DNA of 64,000 bases, from NCBI RefSeq assembly GCF_018350175.1, contig NC_058381.1:11780001-11844000 (forward strand), in the 5' to 3' direction. The translations under genes were made by a program, and so were the position numbers. Of the stretch, positions 48,173-61,243 are shown piece by piece. Source of the DNA: Felis catus (lineage: Eukaryota). Every line of letters starts with the position of its first letter. Position 1 is the stretch's first letter. The notes below the pieces were generated by a model that ran no database searches, was not told the origin of the DNA, and was given only the letters and a program-made list of their open reading frames with translations.

Positions 48173-48330
48173 CATTCATTCATTCATTCATTCATTCATT
48201 CATTCATTCATTCACTCATTCCACAAACGTTCATAGCACACAACAAACTGTGTGCCAGGTGCTGCGCGAGCCTGCAGGACCCAGGGAATAAAGCTGCCCG
48301 GTCTCCATTGTTAGAGGTCACAAATAGGTT
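48173..48330 (-). mobile_element. L2 3' end with (ATTC)n
   Basis: (tcat)n..ctgtgtgccagg. Confidence 0.6.
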
Positions 48331-48961
48331 TGTAATTAAAATGGTGAAAAGGTCAGGTGCTGCAGAGGGACTAATTGGGGCTTTTCCCAATTAGTCATCT
48401 CAGGGCACCAGGACCTGTGGCTCCACCTGGGCACGTCCAGGCCCAAAAGAGAGCTTGCTGTTTGAACTCTGGCCAAGAACCTCCCTGTGTGCTCCCCTAC
48501 CAGGGGCCCAGGGCAGAGATCCAGGGGCCAGCCTTCACTCCTCACTGTCGCCCACCCGCCAGGACCTGTCCTCAGCAGTCCACTTGCTCTCCCAGTCGGC
48601 ACTGTGGCCTCCCAGCCAGGTTCCCCGGCACCCCCTGTGCCTTTCCAGCCTTCCACACCGCACACTCCTTCCTTTGTGAACGAACACAGGCCAGGGCCCA
48701 GGGCCAAACCACCCAGTGCCCCAGCTCTCAGTTGCTTAAAGGTAGGTGCCCCACACCTTCCAGCAGAAGGTGTGAGCCCTTTCCCCGGCCCCTGGAGCCC
48801 CTCTGCTGGGCATCCCGTTGTCTGCACACTCAGTCATCCTGGTCCCTGCCCTTCCCTGGTGATTCAGCCTCTTGCCGGGGGCTTCTTGCATACCCCGTGT
48901 CACCTCTTCCAGGCAGTTGTCCCTGCTTCTCACAAACCCCCTCCCCAGCCCACCCTCCGGG

Positions 48962-49118
48962 TCAAGGTTGCCAACACTGGCACTGTTGACATTCTGGGCC
49001 ATCCTCTTCTCTGTGGGATGTTTAACACTGTCGCCTGCCTCTACCCACTAGGTGTCCCGATGGCCTCAAATGTCTCCAGATGTTGCCAGGGTCCCTGAGG
49101 GGCATGGTTGCCCTGGTT
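48962..49118 (-). mobile_element. MER20 (internally deleted)
   Basis: ggcactgttgacatt..cctctacccactag..aaatgtctccagatgttgcca. Confidence 0.75.
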
Positions 49119-50332
49119 GGTCTGAGTGAGGCAGCCCTTTGTGTCCCCTGCATGTGTCCTGTGTTCCCTCTGGTGTCACTGCTTCCCCTGGGCCTTCCCC
49201 TTGGCCCGAGTGTTCCAAGAGAGCCGGAGCAGCCCCCGCCTTGCTCCCCTGTCCCCCCGACCCTGGCCTGTGCCCGGCACCGTGTGCCATGAGGAAGGGC
49301 AGAGTTTCTGCTTCACCCTTCCGTGTGTGCACCCAGCGCTGCCGGCACAGACCTGCAGCCAGCGTTTACTGGGTTCTCAGCAGCTGGCCTCTTCCCCAGT
49401 TTTCTGCCGTGGCATCGGAGGAGGGGGCGTCTCCATCTGTGACATTTGCATCTGCGTACTGAGACTCTGCAAAGGAAGGGATGGTGGGGGGAGTGAAACA
49501 CAGTGCGCCCAGCTATTCACGGCATCTCGGTAGAGATAAGATAGACGAAGCCTTGCGCCATTCCAGCTCTGGGAACTCCCTCCAGAGTCAGAACGCAGCG
49601 AGCCAGAGGCAGGTGATGATGAGGTAGCCTTGAGCCCTCTCGCTGTTTACGAAAGAAAATGGTTTGCAGGCTTTGGTGTCTTAACTATTATCGAAGGCAG
49701 ACTGCTTTGTCACGGACGTCAAAGCTGATTGAGCCTATCAGCATGTTTGGACCCGTGCTAAACTCTCGCCCTTGGGAGAGCTACAGGGGCGTTACTATTG
49801 ATCCGGCTGGGACGGCAGGTGGGAATGGGGATCCCCGGCCAGCCTGGCCCAGCTTTCTGCTCCTCCTGGAGTGCCTGCTGTCTCACACCCAAGCCTGCTT
49901 GCGGGGTTTCTCCTGCCTGAGACCCACCACCCATCCTTCCAGGGTCCACATGCAGCGCCCCTCCCGCCCCCCCCCCCAGAGCCCCCCACGACCGGCTGTC
50001 CCACACTGTGTCCCAGCCTCAGACTTCTCTCTCTGAGGGTGGGATCTACAGCCTGTGTCTAGGGCAGCCCGCATCTGCAGGATGGCCAGCCTGCCTGTTG
50101 GCCAGGCCTCTCCTGGGTTTGGCCCTGAACTTACTGCTTCCCCAGAGCCTGTCGGTCCTGGGTTGGGCACCCTGTCTGCAGAGGGTGAGCGTGGGAGGAG
50201 GCAGCTCTTCCTCTCCAGGAAGTAGGGGCACTGGCCATCTAGCCAGTGGTGGGGGGTCCCTCCGCAGAGGGGTGTTTTGTTGGCTCAATACCTGAGCTGG
50301 CGGCCGGGGACTTTGGAGGGAGCCAGAAAGGC

Positions 50333-50351
50333 AGGACAGTAGGTGGCGCTG
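50333..50351 (+). promoter_or_regulatory. Candidate CTCF site
   Basis: AGGACAGTAGGTGGCGCTG, one mismatch to the core CCASYAGRKGGCRS. Confidence 0.45.
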
Positions 50352-51097
50352 TGGGCAAGGCGAGCGCAGAGCAGGCAGGTGGGCCTGCCGCCTTCAGTGT
50401 GCCTTTGCCTTGCTCCCTCATTTTCTGGTTTCAGAGCCCCAGCCAGCAATCCGTTGGCTAATTTCAGGCGCCCCAGAGGACCCCCATAGGTGCCAGGGAG
50501 CTGACCCTGAAGACGCCGCTGGGCTGAAGCAAGGGCACCAGCCTGGCCCTTGGGAGGGCCCCTGGGAGGGAGGCCCGGGTCCCATCCCCTGTAGTTCCCA
50601 CCCCACTCTGGGCCTTGGTTTCTCCATCTGTGAGGTGAGGACCCTCAGCTGAGGTCCTATCGAGCTCTGAGACACTGTGACCCACCCACTTTACCAAGTG
50701 CTGCCCTGGAATGTCCCTTTGCTGGGTCCAGGGGAAGCAGACGTCCCTGCCCGCCTGGAAACCTGCTCTTGGGCCACTGAGGTAAGGTCGTTTATCGGGA
50801 GTGCGATCTAAAAGTCAGGGCTTGACTGATAATAAAGCTTGCCGGTAGAGACAAATCTGGAAGAGAGGAGACAAGAGAGGGGTTGTGAATCTCCCGGGCT
50901 TGTGAGCTGCATGGGGCCTGCTGAGGTATGGCTGGGCTTTCTAGACAAGTGGCAGGGGCGAAGGGTGGGGGCAAGAGTCGAGAAGACCCAAGAGAAGGGG
51001 GTGTGTATGGAGAGAAGGTGGACAGATGGGCCTGGGGCCCCGGAGGCAGGACCCTGAACACTGGCTTGCCACCCCGATTGTCTGCTACAGGCTGGCA

Positions 51098-51184
51098 GTG
51101 AGTGTGTGTGTGTGTGAGTGTGTGTGTGTGTGAGTGTGTAAGTGTGTGGCCGTGCACGTGAGAGTGTGTGAGTGTACATGAACA

Positions 51185-51222
<38 letters not shown>
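51098..51222. repeat. Imperfect and perfect (TG)n
   Basis: Read directly from the sequence. Confidence 0.92.
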
Positions 51223-51223
<1 letters not shown>

Positions 51224-51761
51224 ATCTCATCCAGACAGGCTGGGGAATTGGGACAGGGCGTGAACCCAGACTGTCTGAGACCCTCGCCCCCACCTGGCTT
51301 TGAGAGCTGGCTCCCAGGGCATGGCCATGTACCCACTGGGCTCTGAGGCTGTGTTTCCGGATCTGAAAACATCTGCCTCTGCCAGGGTGCGTCTTGCCTT
51401 TGTGGGAATGCTGAGCTGGGCCTGCTGGTATAGCCCGTGGCACAGGAAGGGCTTTTCACTGCGCAGAGCTGGCTGGCTGGCTGGACGTGACTGAGACCTT
51501 GGCTCCTAGAGCCAAGAGAGCACAGAACTGGTTGGCCAGCCACTTGTCTCTTATGACTGGTATCACCTGGGACACCATAGCCCTCCCCCAGCCCTGGCGC
51601 TCTCCCTGTCCCTGCCTGAGCTGTGCTCAGAGCTGGATTCTGCAGAACTAATGACATGTCCGGTCTTGGCTCCATGGCTGGGGAGGTCAGCTCCTTGTCA
51701 CCAGGGACCCGTGCTTTGCCCCTCTGACATCTCAATGTCGGCTCAAGTGCAAGATGCCCCA

Positions 51762-51765
<4 letters not shown>

Positions 51766-51802
<37 letters not shown>
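51766..51802. repeat. (GT)n microsatellite
   Basis: Read directly from the sequence. Confidence 0.95.
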
Positions 51803-51804
<2 letters not shown>

Positions 51805-54559
51805 CTTTTCTGAGCCAGGGAGTAGATGGGTATTTTTAGCTGGATGAAGTCCTGGCCACCCCTGCGGCCCCATCCCTGTCTGAACGGAGAGCTGCACTCG
51901 TCACTCTGTGGGGCTGCGGGCAGTGGCCTGGCGGGGGAGCGTCGTGACATTGGCCATGTCTAACTTTAGATTCCCTGTGTCTGAGCAACGTGGTGATGAA
52001 GTGCATATGGCGCCTCGAACTGGGTCAGCTCACAGTCTTTGCCAGGATCCCTTGGAGCGACATAGTTAAGAGCAGAAGTGGGAAAAGCGGAAGGAGGCTG
52101 TCTCCTACGTGAAGCCCGGGCGAAACACTGGTGGACCCAGCTTTCTGCAATGACCTCATCTTTGCTCTCAGCTTCCTGATATTCTGGAGATGCCATTTGA
52201 GTTTTCTTACAAATTCCGTGCCGGGTGGGGGGTGGGGGTCCAAGCACCTTTTTCCATTAATGATTTGTTTTTCGTTCTGGACTTTGTGGCTTTGTGAGGG
52301 CGTGAGGCACTGTTAGTACGTGTGGGATTGAAATGTGCACGTTGGAAAGGGCTCCTGGCTGAGTGGCTTGGGGAAGGGGACATCCTGGGATCCTTCCCTC
52401 ATGGAGGGGTCCGGGGCAGAATTTTATTACCCTAGCCTTTCCTGGGTATTCTGTGCCAGCCTGCCCTGAGCCCTGAGCCCGAGCAGACAGGGCTGAGCAT
52501 CCCCTCTGTGGCTCTCCCGCCCAGCTGCTCTGCTCGCCCACGTGCCCTGTGCATTCATGTTTCGCCTCCTCCCTCAGACTGAGTGCTCCTGGAAGTGGAG
52601 GACGGTGTCTTGGAGCTCAGGACAGGGGCTAGCCCAGCGCTAGAAGGGGTGGATGGACACGTGTCCTTCCTTCATCGAGGGTGAGCTCTGAGTAGCCCGG
52701 GGAGTGGTGGGCCAGGCAAGGTCATGCCTTCCTTTCTCCATCTGTGAGGAGGGTGGCAGGTCCTGACCCCACTAATGCCCCCCTGAGTGCCCTGTCGGGA
52801 AGTAATGAGATGCAGCCATGAGTGTTTTAGCAGCCTGGGAGCTGGCCTGCTGGTGTTGTTGGCTTTGCCTCCTTCCCGGGTCTTCTTCTGAGGCCGAGAT
52901 TCCATGGAAAATTTCCAGGGCTTGAGTTTTTTGTCTCGTTTTATTGCTAACTTGCTCTGTGACCGGAGCAAGTCACTTTGCTTCCCTAGACCTCAGTTGC
53001 CTCATCTTAGGTCTGGGGGAGCAGCCTTTGCCCGACTTCCTTGCCATCTGGCAGCAAGGCTGTCGGGGAGGGAATGGGTGCAAAAGGGTTTGGAGGCATG
53101 AAGTGTCCGGTGTCATATTTGGCTCAGAGGAGGGGCAGCCGTGGGGGCTGTCTGGTCACAGGCACGCCCAGAAGAGCTCTTGCATCAGTGGAAACTCCCA
53201 GGGCCTTTATCCTTCCAGCCACTTCCCAAGCTTTAGGCCAAGTGCTTTCACTTGTTCCAGAATCTCCTGCCCAGAAAGTTTCCAGGGCCTACAGATACCC
53301 CTTGGAGAGGGAGTTCTAGAGCTGGTGACCCCTTCCTTGTCCCCAGGAGTCAGGAATCAGCCAGGGAGAGACTTTGATTCAGAAGATGAGGGGGATGCAC
53401 GTTGCTGGCCAGTGCTCTGGGGCCACGCCTCACCAAGCGGTACCCGCAGGCTCTGCTACGTTGTTGGGTGCCTCTGCCTTGCTGGGGAGTTCCGGTTCAC
53501 CAAGTTGCCCGAGAGGCGGCCCCGCTCTTGCCACCTTTGTCTCCGATTCCTGCCCTCCTCCTTCCCTGTCTTGGCACAGGGAGACTCAAGAGGGCTAAGA
53601 TGGGAGGTGGTCAGGCGCCGTGACCAAGGTGGGGCTTGGGTTCCAAAGCCCCTGGGTGATGCCCCGTTGCCTTCCAGGGAAGGCTCCCGTGCATGTGTGC
53701 CTGCTGGACATGGGATAACAGTTGTAGTTTGTTCAACAAGGGGACAGTATAGGCCTGGGGTGCTGGGCTCCTGAGGTTTTGGTGGTCCAGGGAGCCTGGA
53801 CTGACTGGGAGACACTGAGGTGTGCACTGGGCAGGGGGCAGAGATCATGAAGAGAGGCTGGAACCAAAGCTGAGCAGCTGGTCTGGAAGTCCTGGGTGGA
53901 GAGGAGTGGAGAATCCAGGCCAGCTGTTGGAAAATGGGGAATTAGGAAGGGCCTGGGGGGGGGGGGTAGGCAAGGAGCAGAGGGTGGGAGGTGGAGCCTA
54001 TGCAAATGTCCCAACGGTAGTTTCTGAAGTCAGGTGCCTCTTGTCCGGGGCTCTGACCCCGTACAAGGCTCTGCAGGTGTTTAGGTGGTCACCCCGCCTG
54101 CTAACACATCTTTGCTACTTTTCACTCTGTCCCAATGCCCCTGCTTGCAAATGCCACTTGGTGGGCCCGCTCGTGCTGGCTGGGTATGCAGAAGCCTCTG
54201 CTCTCACCCTCCTGGCCACTGGCCGGGAAATGGCACACACAGCAAGTGTGAGGTTCTCCAGCCTTCCAGGGCTGTGCTCACAGGCAGAGGATCATGGAGT
54301 GAGGACCGTGAGGATGCCAGCCCTTCGGCTTCATGACTGGGGGGTGGGGTGGGGTGTTATCCTTCAGGGTTATCCTGTGGCTTAGATGGGAATACAGCTT
54401 GGTGGGCGGGTGACACTCCGGGCACGTAATAGGCATCAGTCCCTTTGCCTTGAGTCCCCATCTGTCCGCCCATACGGCAGGCAGAGCTGTCATGGGCATT
54501 CCATGATTAAGAGGCATGAAGGGGATTTGTAAGCAATAAAGCAAAGTACGAGCAGAAGG

Positions 54560-55440
54560 AGTTAGGTGATTTATAATAAACATACATTTGGTCTTCATTC
54601 CTGTTCCTGGCACAGGCTTCCTAAAGCCTTTGAATTTCCTAAGCGATGAGAGCCGCAAAAAAAAAGTCTCTGCTATGTTAATGAGGTATCTTATGGGAAG
54701 TCCCTGGGTCACCTAAGGCTGGGTACCGGTGGAGCCAACCCTGCGTAGACAGTTGGAACTTCAGTCCCATCCCCGACCTCCCAGGAGGGGAGAGAGGCTG
54801 GAGATTGAGTTCAGTTACAGTGGACAATGCTTTGATCTCTCATGCCTGTGTAATGCAGCCTCCATAAAGACCCAAAAGGGTTTGGAGAGCTTCCCCAGGT
54901 TGGTGGACATGTGGAGTTTAGGGGAGAGTGGAGGCGTTGGGGAGCATAGACGTTCCACACCCTTGGGGTGGGTGGTTCAATCAATTAAACCTCCAACTCT
55001 TGATTTTGGCTCAGTTCACGATCTCACGGTTCATGGCATCGAGCCCTGGGTTGGGCTCCTCCCTGGCATGGAGCCTGCTTGGGATTCTCTCTCTCTGCCC
55101 ACCGCCCCCCCCCCAATAAATAAATAAACGTTTAAAAAAAAGAATCTTCACACTCTTTCCCCACACCTCGCTCTCTGTATCTCTTCCCCCTGGCTGTTCC
55201 TGAGTTAACATCCTTCATAATAAACTGGTAACCTCGGAAGTGAATTTTTCTCTGTGAGCTGCCCTAGCAAATTAATCAAACTGGGGGAGGAGGAGGTGGT
55301 CACTGGACCCCCTAATTTATATGCATCGGTCAGAAGCATGGATGACCACCGGACTTGAACTCGGCATCAGACGTCAGGGGCAGTCTCGTGGGATGGTTAT
55401 CCGAGTTAATGTTTGATGGTCGTGGGAAAAGCACACATAT
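54560..55440 (+). mobile_element. MER21-like solo LTR interrupted by a + Can-SINE (54965-55142)
   Basis: atttggtcttcattcctgttcctggcacag..ggagaggctggagattgagttca..cataataaactggtaa. Confidence 0.72.
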
Positions 55441-55484
55441 CGGAGGTTACTGTAACTTTTAGTTTTATTTGCTCATGAAGTTTT

Positions 55485-55644
55485 TTCTTTGATTATTTTT
55501 AAGAGTTGATGTATTTATTGAGGGGGGGGAGGGGGGATCTTAAGCAGGTTCTGAGCTGTGCGGCTCAATCTCACAAAACATGAGATCAGGACCTGAGCCA
55601 AAATCGAGCTGGACGCTTAACCGACTGAACCACCCAGGCGTCCC
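55485..55644 (-). mobile_element. Older Can-SINE
   Basis: 19-bp TSD tatttgctcatgaagtttt (55466-84 / 55645-63). Confidence 0.88.
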
Positions 55645-57209
55645 TATTTGCTCATGAAGTTTTCATTGCCTTTTTGACCATGCCTCTATTTCAGGCCCAG
55701 ACTTGCCCCTTCTTCCTGAGGGGGGGGGGGTCTGCTCTTCTCCCTCCAAAAGCCTGGGACTTCTCGAGTATCCTGGTGGCGAGCACGGTGGGTCACAGAG
55801 CCCCAGTGGTGGTCACATCTCCGTGGGAGGGGTGAGGGGAGGGGAGAGGGTTTGCCCAGTGCAGCTGAAGTGCTGAGACCCGTCCCCTGGCCCCCTGCCT
55901 GCCATACCCACAGGAACTCATATGGATCCCGGTGAGGCCCAGAAGCCCCTGCTGTCCAGGAAAGCCTGTACCCTCCTGCCTGTGCCCACCCCTTCCCACC
56001 CGGCCTGGGCTGGATGCCATCAGCAGGGTGTGACTCGTTACCAGCCACCGGTTCTCGAGGTCTGTGTGCCTGCACGAGGCTAGGGGCAGGGTGGGTTGGT
56101 CTCCCCGGAGGCGCCCCAGCAGTTCCAGGGTCAGATGTATGCTGAGGGCCCCGGGGAGCCCCCAGAGGACGTGCTGGCCCGGGAAAGGCAGCTTGAGCTG
56201 GGCCGTGGTTCACTGCCGAGGAAGGGCGCACATCCGAGTTCTTTCCCACCCCGTGGGACCACCTGTGCTGCCTCTACGACCCTGCCTACCTGCTGAGCAG
56301 AGCATGGAGCCCCCCCCCCCCCCACCTGTGCCCAGCGGCGAATGGCAGTGACCTGTAGAATCTGTCTCTGGTCACGTAGGTAGGAATCTTGGGCGTGGTC
56401 ACAGAGGAGGAGGTGGGTAGGGGTGGGCACCTGCCCCGGTCAGCCAGCTGGTTGGATGTGTCGGCCCTGCTCTGTGTCTCCCCACCAGTCTTTGAGGGTA
56501 GGGACCAAGAGACGGTGGCCTACAGTGAAGGGGCAGAGCAGCCCTAGGTAGGCACAGTGCCGTCCGCGGAGGGCACCGCCCCAGATTCTCCAGAAGCCGC
56601 AGCTGAAGACCAGAGAGGCTGCTTGGTTTGCCGTGGTCGCACAGCTGTGGGAGCAGAACTGGGCCTGGCAGCTGGGGCTTCTGCTCCTGCGCATTACCCT
56701 GCTGCCCCCATCCCGTCCCCTGGAGGGCCTGCATGGTGCACACACGGCCCTCAGTGACAGCATGGCCTGGCCTGGATGAGGCAGAACGCTGGGGCCCTGC
56801 TGGCGGGAAGAGGCCCTCAGAATACCTGCTGGGATCTTGCCCTGCGGCCCCCCTGCCCCTGGAGCCTGGGGTGCTCGAGTGTATCCTGCACTGACTTCTG
56901 GGCAGCTCGTCTTCTGGGCTGCTATAGACGCTGCCCGTGTCAATATTATGACCACACGTGGATTTCCTGTGGGCAGGGCCACAAGCGCGTGGCCATGAAG
57001 GCCAGCCACCTGGAAGGGAAGGCTCTGCTGGGGTAGGGCTGACACAGGTGTCCTCGTGGCCCATCCTCGGTCTGCTCAGCCTCAGGAGCTCAGGGCAGTC
57101 ATGTCCCCCTCCCCTGTCCCCCCACAAGTCCCCCTGGCCCATCTTGCCGGGCCAGGGAGGGGTGGGGCGTGCGTTTCTGAGCATATGAAGCTGTCTCGCT
57201 GATGATACC

Positions 57210-57700
57210 TCTTAGCTGAGGGACCTGGGCAAGATTTCTGGCTTCTCCGAGCCTTGGTTTTCTCATCTGTAAAATGGGTACAGTAGTCAGGGCCTCAAGG
57301 GTTGGACCAGAAGGTAGGTAGAACAGTACCTGAGCCAGCTCAGCGGCTCGCTCTTTCTTACTGTCCCCTTTGTGCCTGGCAGTTCTTCAAGGCCTGGCGG
57401 CCGGGAGCTTCTGTTGTGGAGCTGTCCTGCGGCTTTGTGGCTTTCGTCCTTCGGGACGGGCTCAGACAGGCCTGCAGGGGCCTTCCCACCCAGCTTGGGA
57501 GGCGATGGCCTGGTCCAAGTCATGACCGGCTACTGACCGCATGACCTCAGGCGAAGTCCTCAACCTAAGTTCCGTGCCTCGGTTTCTTCATCTGTGAAAC
57601 AGGTTCACTGTAAGGTTCTGTCCCAGGGTTGTGGTAGATGAGTGAAGTAATCCATGTGCAGAACGCAGGGCGGTGCCAGGCGGAGTCAAAGCCAGATAAG
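57210..57700 (+). mobile_element. Two MIR fragments
   Basis: ttttctcatctgtaaaatggg (57259) and cctcggtttcttcatctgtgaaa (57577). Confidence 0.65.
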
Positions 57701-58965
57701 TGTGAGCTGTCGTCTGGGTCCCGTCTGACCGCTGCCGGGGAAATGCTTGGTGACTGGCCGGCATGCTGGCCCTGCCAATCACGTGATGTGACCATGGGGC
57801 CTGGAGGAAGGGACAGGGAATTGTTTGTAGAGGACGGAAGAGATGGGAAAGCGTGCACACAAGCTCTGGCCTTTGCTGGTCACATCGCTCGTGGCCGCCG
57901 GGTCCCTGGCCTGTGCCCAGCTGGGCCCAGGCTCCAGGGCCCATGGAGATGGCCGGTGACAGGGCAGTTCCAGAGTGGGGAGGGCGAGTGTGCGGGAGCA
58001 CGGGGCGGTGTGAGTGGAGGAGAGGTGGGAGGAGAGTGGGCCGCACCTCATCCGAGGCTCGGGAAGGTCGGGGGTGGTAGTGGGAGCTGAGGCTGGATGG
58101 GTGGTCTCGGGGGCCTTCCGGGGAGTTTGTACCTGCGCTGGGGGTGGCAGGGAGCCGATGGAGGCGGGGAGGCATGACGCCCACTGGATCTGTGGGCACG
58201 TCAGAGACCCCGGCCCAGTCCCTGCGTTGTTCCTGGCTGTGTGTGGCTTTGTGTCAGGGCCTGCTTGGTCACAAGGCGTTGATGCCTGCACCTGGGGGCT
58301 CTGCACCCTCGTCCTCCTCCTGGCCCTTCTCAGTCCTGCTTCAGGCAAGCATAGCGTGGTTGACAGGGCCGTGGGGCTGCATAGACCTGCCTCTGCTCCT
58401 CAGTTTCCTTGGTGAGGAAACATATGCATCAGGGGTAGGGCCCAGGGCCTGGTGGTCCACAGGTGGGGGTGGCGGGGTTAGGGGACCGTCACTAGGGGCT
58501 TGCCCTTCCCAGGCGTGGCCAGGCCATGTGCCCAGGGGTGTGATGTTGGAGCGTTTCCCTGCTGAACCCAGGGCCTGCTCGCTGGGCTCTGTCGGATACC
58601 TGCTGGTCACCGTTTGGACTGGCAGTGGTGGTGTGGGGGGTGTTGCACAAGAGACTCGTCCCGGTCCTGGCCATCTGGGAGCCTTGCAGCCTGGGCCAGC
58701 TGTGTCTTTGCTGTGATTGGCCACGAGGCCGGGTCTTGGCAGGTCTGGCGAGATATCAGGTGAGCTAGAGCGGCCAGTAGGGCTCCAAGGCTCTGACGAT
58801 CCAGGAGGGCCACCCGGGCCCCAGGAGCGCGTGGGTGACGGAATCTCGTTGTGCGGTTCCAGTCCAGCCATGTACTGACCACCTGGCAGCTGGGACAGGC
58901 TCATCCACTCTGAGCCTCAGTTTCCCCATGTAGAAACTGGGGGAGGTAGGCTATAATACAGTCTT

Positions 58966-58984
58966 TTTTTTTTTAATGTTTATT

Positions 58985-59018
<34 letters not shown>

Positions 59019-59178
59019 TGGGGAAGGGCAGAGAGAGAGGGAGACACAGAATCTGAAGCAGGCTCCAGGCTCCAAGCTGTCAACACAGAACCCAATGCAG
59101 GGCTCGAACTCACGAACCATGAGATCATGACCTGATCTGAAGTCTGATGCTTAACCGACTGAGCCACCCAGGTGCCCC
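58966..59178 (-). mobile_element. Can-SINE
   Basis: TSD tata(a/g)tacagtctttt. Confidence 0.9.
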
Positions 59179-60791
59179 TATAGTACAGTCTTTTCTGCTT
59201 CTATGTATTTGAGGCTGTTCTCTGGCTCTATCCTGTGCCCCGGGTTTCCTGGGGATCCTAGCCATGACTCGCCGACAGGCCTGAATGTTCACCCCACTCC
59301 AGAGCCCCAAATACCCCATCCAAACTGCCTCCCCACCCACCATGATGGCCCGTCCACCCTTCATGCCTGTGACACTGGCTTTTGGACGCTTCTGAGGACC
59401 CACTGTTGTGTGAAGGCCCAGAGGCCTATGGCAAGGAGTCTAGCCCTGAACTGCAATCTAGCTAAATGTTCTCCATCCCTCACTCACACCAGGCTCCTAG
59501 CCAGTGGACCCCCTTTCCCAACAACTTCCTGCCGCGGAGTGCCGCTGAGGGACGAGCGTGGCCTTAGATAGGCTGCCTGGGCTCCAGTCCTGGTCCTGCC
59601 GGCCCTGAGCAAATCACTTAGCCTCCACGGGCCCTGGGATGCTGGTGCCTTTACCAAGGGCTACCTCCCCCAGGTCCCCGCCTCGAGGGAACACCTGCCA
59701 GTCCTGGACCTCTGCCTCTGCCCAGGTTGGGGAGTGTGGCCCGTCGTGGCACCCAGCTCCCGCAGCACCGCTCTCTGCTCCACTCTGCCCACCGCCCCCC
59801 ACTGCCCACCCTGCAGTCCTGCTGAGGTTTGCTTCGCACCCTTCATCCCTCAAACGCTCTCAGGGCACTTGCTCCACACAGCTCTGGGAGCTGGCAGGTG
59901 TTAGAGACAAAGAGGAAGCCAATTCTAGAGCCCGATGAACCACGGTCTGCTATGTTCTGCTAGAGCATCCCTGTCACAGTTCCAGAACGAGACTCCCGGA
60001 AATGACTTTCCCGTGGCCATGGCCTTCAGGGCTCCTGGGCCAGCCCCCGGCTCTCTTCCTCCGGGTCTTTCCATGTGCATCACCAGCCTTGGTCCAAGCG
60101 CCATTTTTTATTTCTCATTTCTGGTCGGTCTGCTGTGTGCATTTTCGTGAGCACCCCACGTCCTTTGCAGAATGAAGCATGGGGTAGGGACAAAGGCCAG
60201 CAGAGCCCAGTGCGGGGCTGTTGGGCTTGGGGCTCAGTCTGAGGCGTGGGCTCCACGCAGGGGAAGCCATGGGAGGAGCGAGCCCCCTGCATGGGTGCGT
60301 CCCCACGAGGGGAGGGCTGGGCAAACCGACAGGCTCCACAGAGGCGGGGGTCAGAGGGGTCGGTGAGCGCCAAAGGCTCTGGGGGCAGCCAGGGGTCCAG
60401 CGAGACGGAGGAGGGATGCGAGGTCCGAGGTGTCGAGCTCTGGTAGGGCCCTGGGGACCTGCGGGGGCTGTGGGCTTCTCCAGACCTTTTCAGCATCCTG
60501 CTTCCTGCTGAAGACACAGTCTTGGTTTCTGTTTCCCTGTGAGAGGTGGCAGCCCATGGGCCGTGGTGACAGCATAGTCTACAGAGGCTCTCTCTTCCCC
60601 CATTAACACCACCAGGGGCTTTCCCTGCAAACGAAGGGCACCTCGGCTCTCTTCTTCAGCTCGGGAGGCCTCTGGAAGGAAGGAGGAGGCTTTGGACAGC
60701 ACGCAGGAATCCGCCGGAAGGCAGGCTCTGTCCCGGAACAGTCCCGGCCGTGGCTGGTACCCCCAACCAGACCCTTCCCTCGGGCCTTTCC

Positions 60792-61243
60792 TTTATTACT
60801 ATTATTATTATTTTAATGTTTATTTATTTTTGAGAGAAAGAAAAACAGAGTGTGAGCGAGGGAGGGGTAGAGAGAGAGAGAGGGAGACACAGAATCCGAA
60901 GCAGGCTCCGGGCTCTGAGCCGTCAGCACAGAGCCCGACGCGGGGCTCGAACCCGCGAACTGTGAGATCATGACCTGAGCCAAAGTCGGATGCTTAACCG
61001 GCTGAGCCACCCCGGTGCCCCTATTAGTATTATTTTTTAAAGTTTATTTATTTATTTTGAGAGAGACAGAGACAGCACAAGTGGAGAAGGGCAGAGAGAG
61101 AAGGAGACAGAGAATCCCAAGCAGGCTCCACACTGCCGGCACAAGAGCCCGACGCGGGGCGCAAACCCCCGAAGCTGCGCGATTATCACCTGAGCCGAGA
61201 CCAAGAGTCGGATGTGTAACTGACTGAGCCACCCAGGCTCCCC
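60792..61243 (-). mobile_element. Two tandem Can-SINEs
   Basis: 60792-61021 and 61025-61243. Confidence 0.88.

Noticed and set aside
47013-55440. Two same-orientation MER21-like LTRs about 7.5 kb apart as a provirus
   Set aside because: The LTRs are quite divergent from each other, no gag/pol remnants are visible, and the interval contains older L2 and MER20. They are more likely independent solo LTRs.
3489-61243. tRNA genes or a CRISPR-like dispersed repeat
   Set aside because: The A/B boxes belong to tRNA-derived Can-SINE heads followed by CT tracts, poly-A and TSDs. There is no regular repeat-spacer array.
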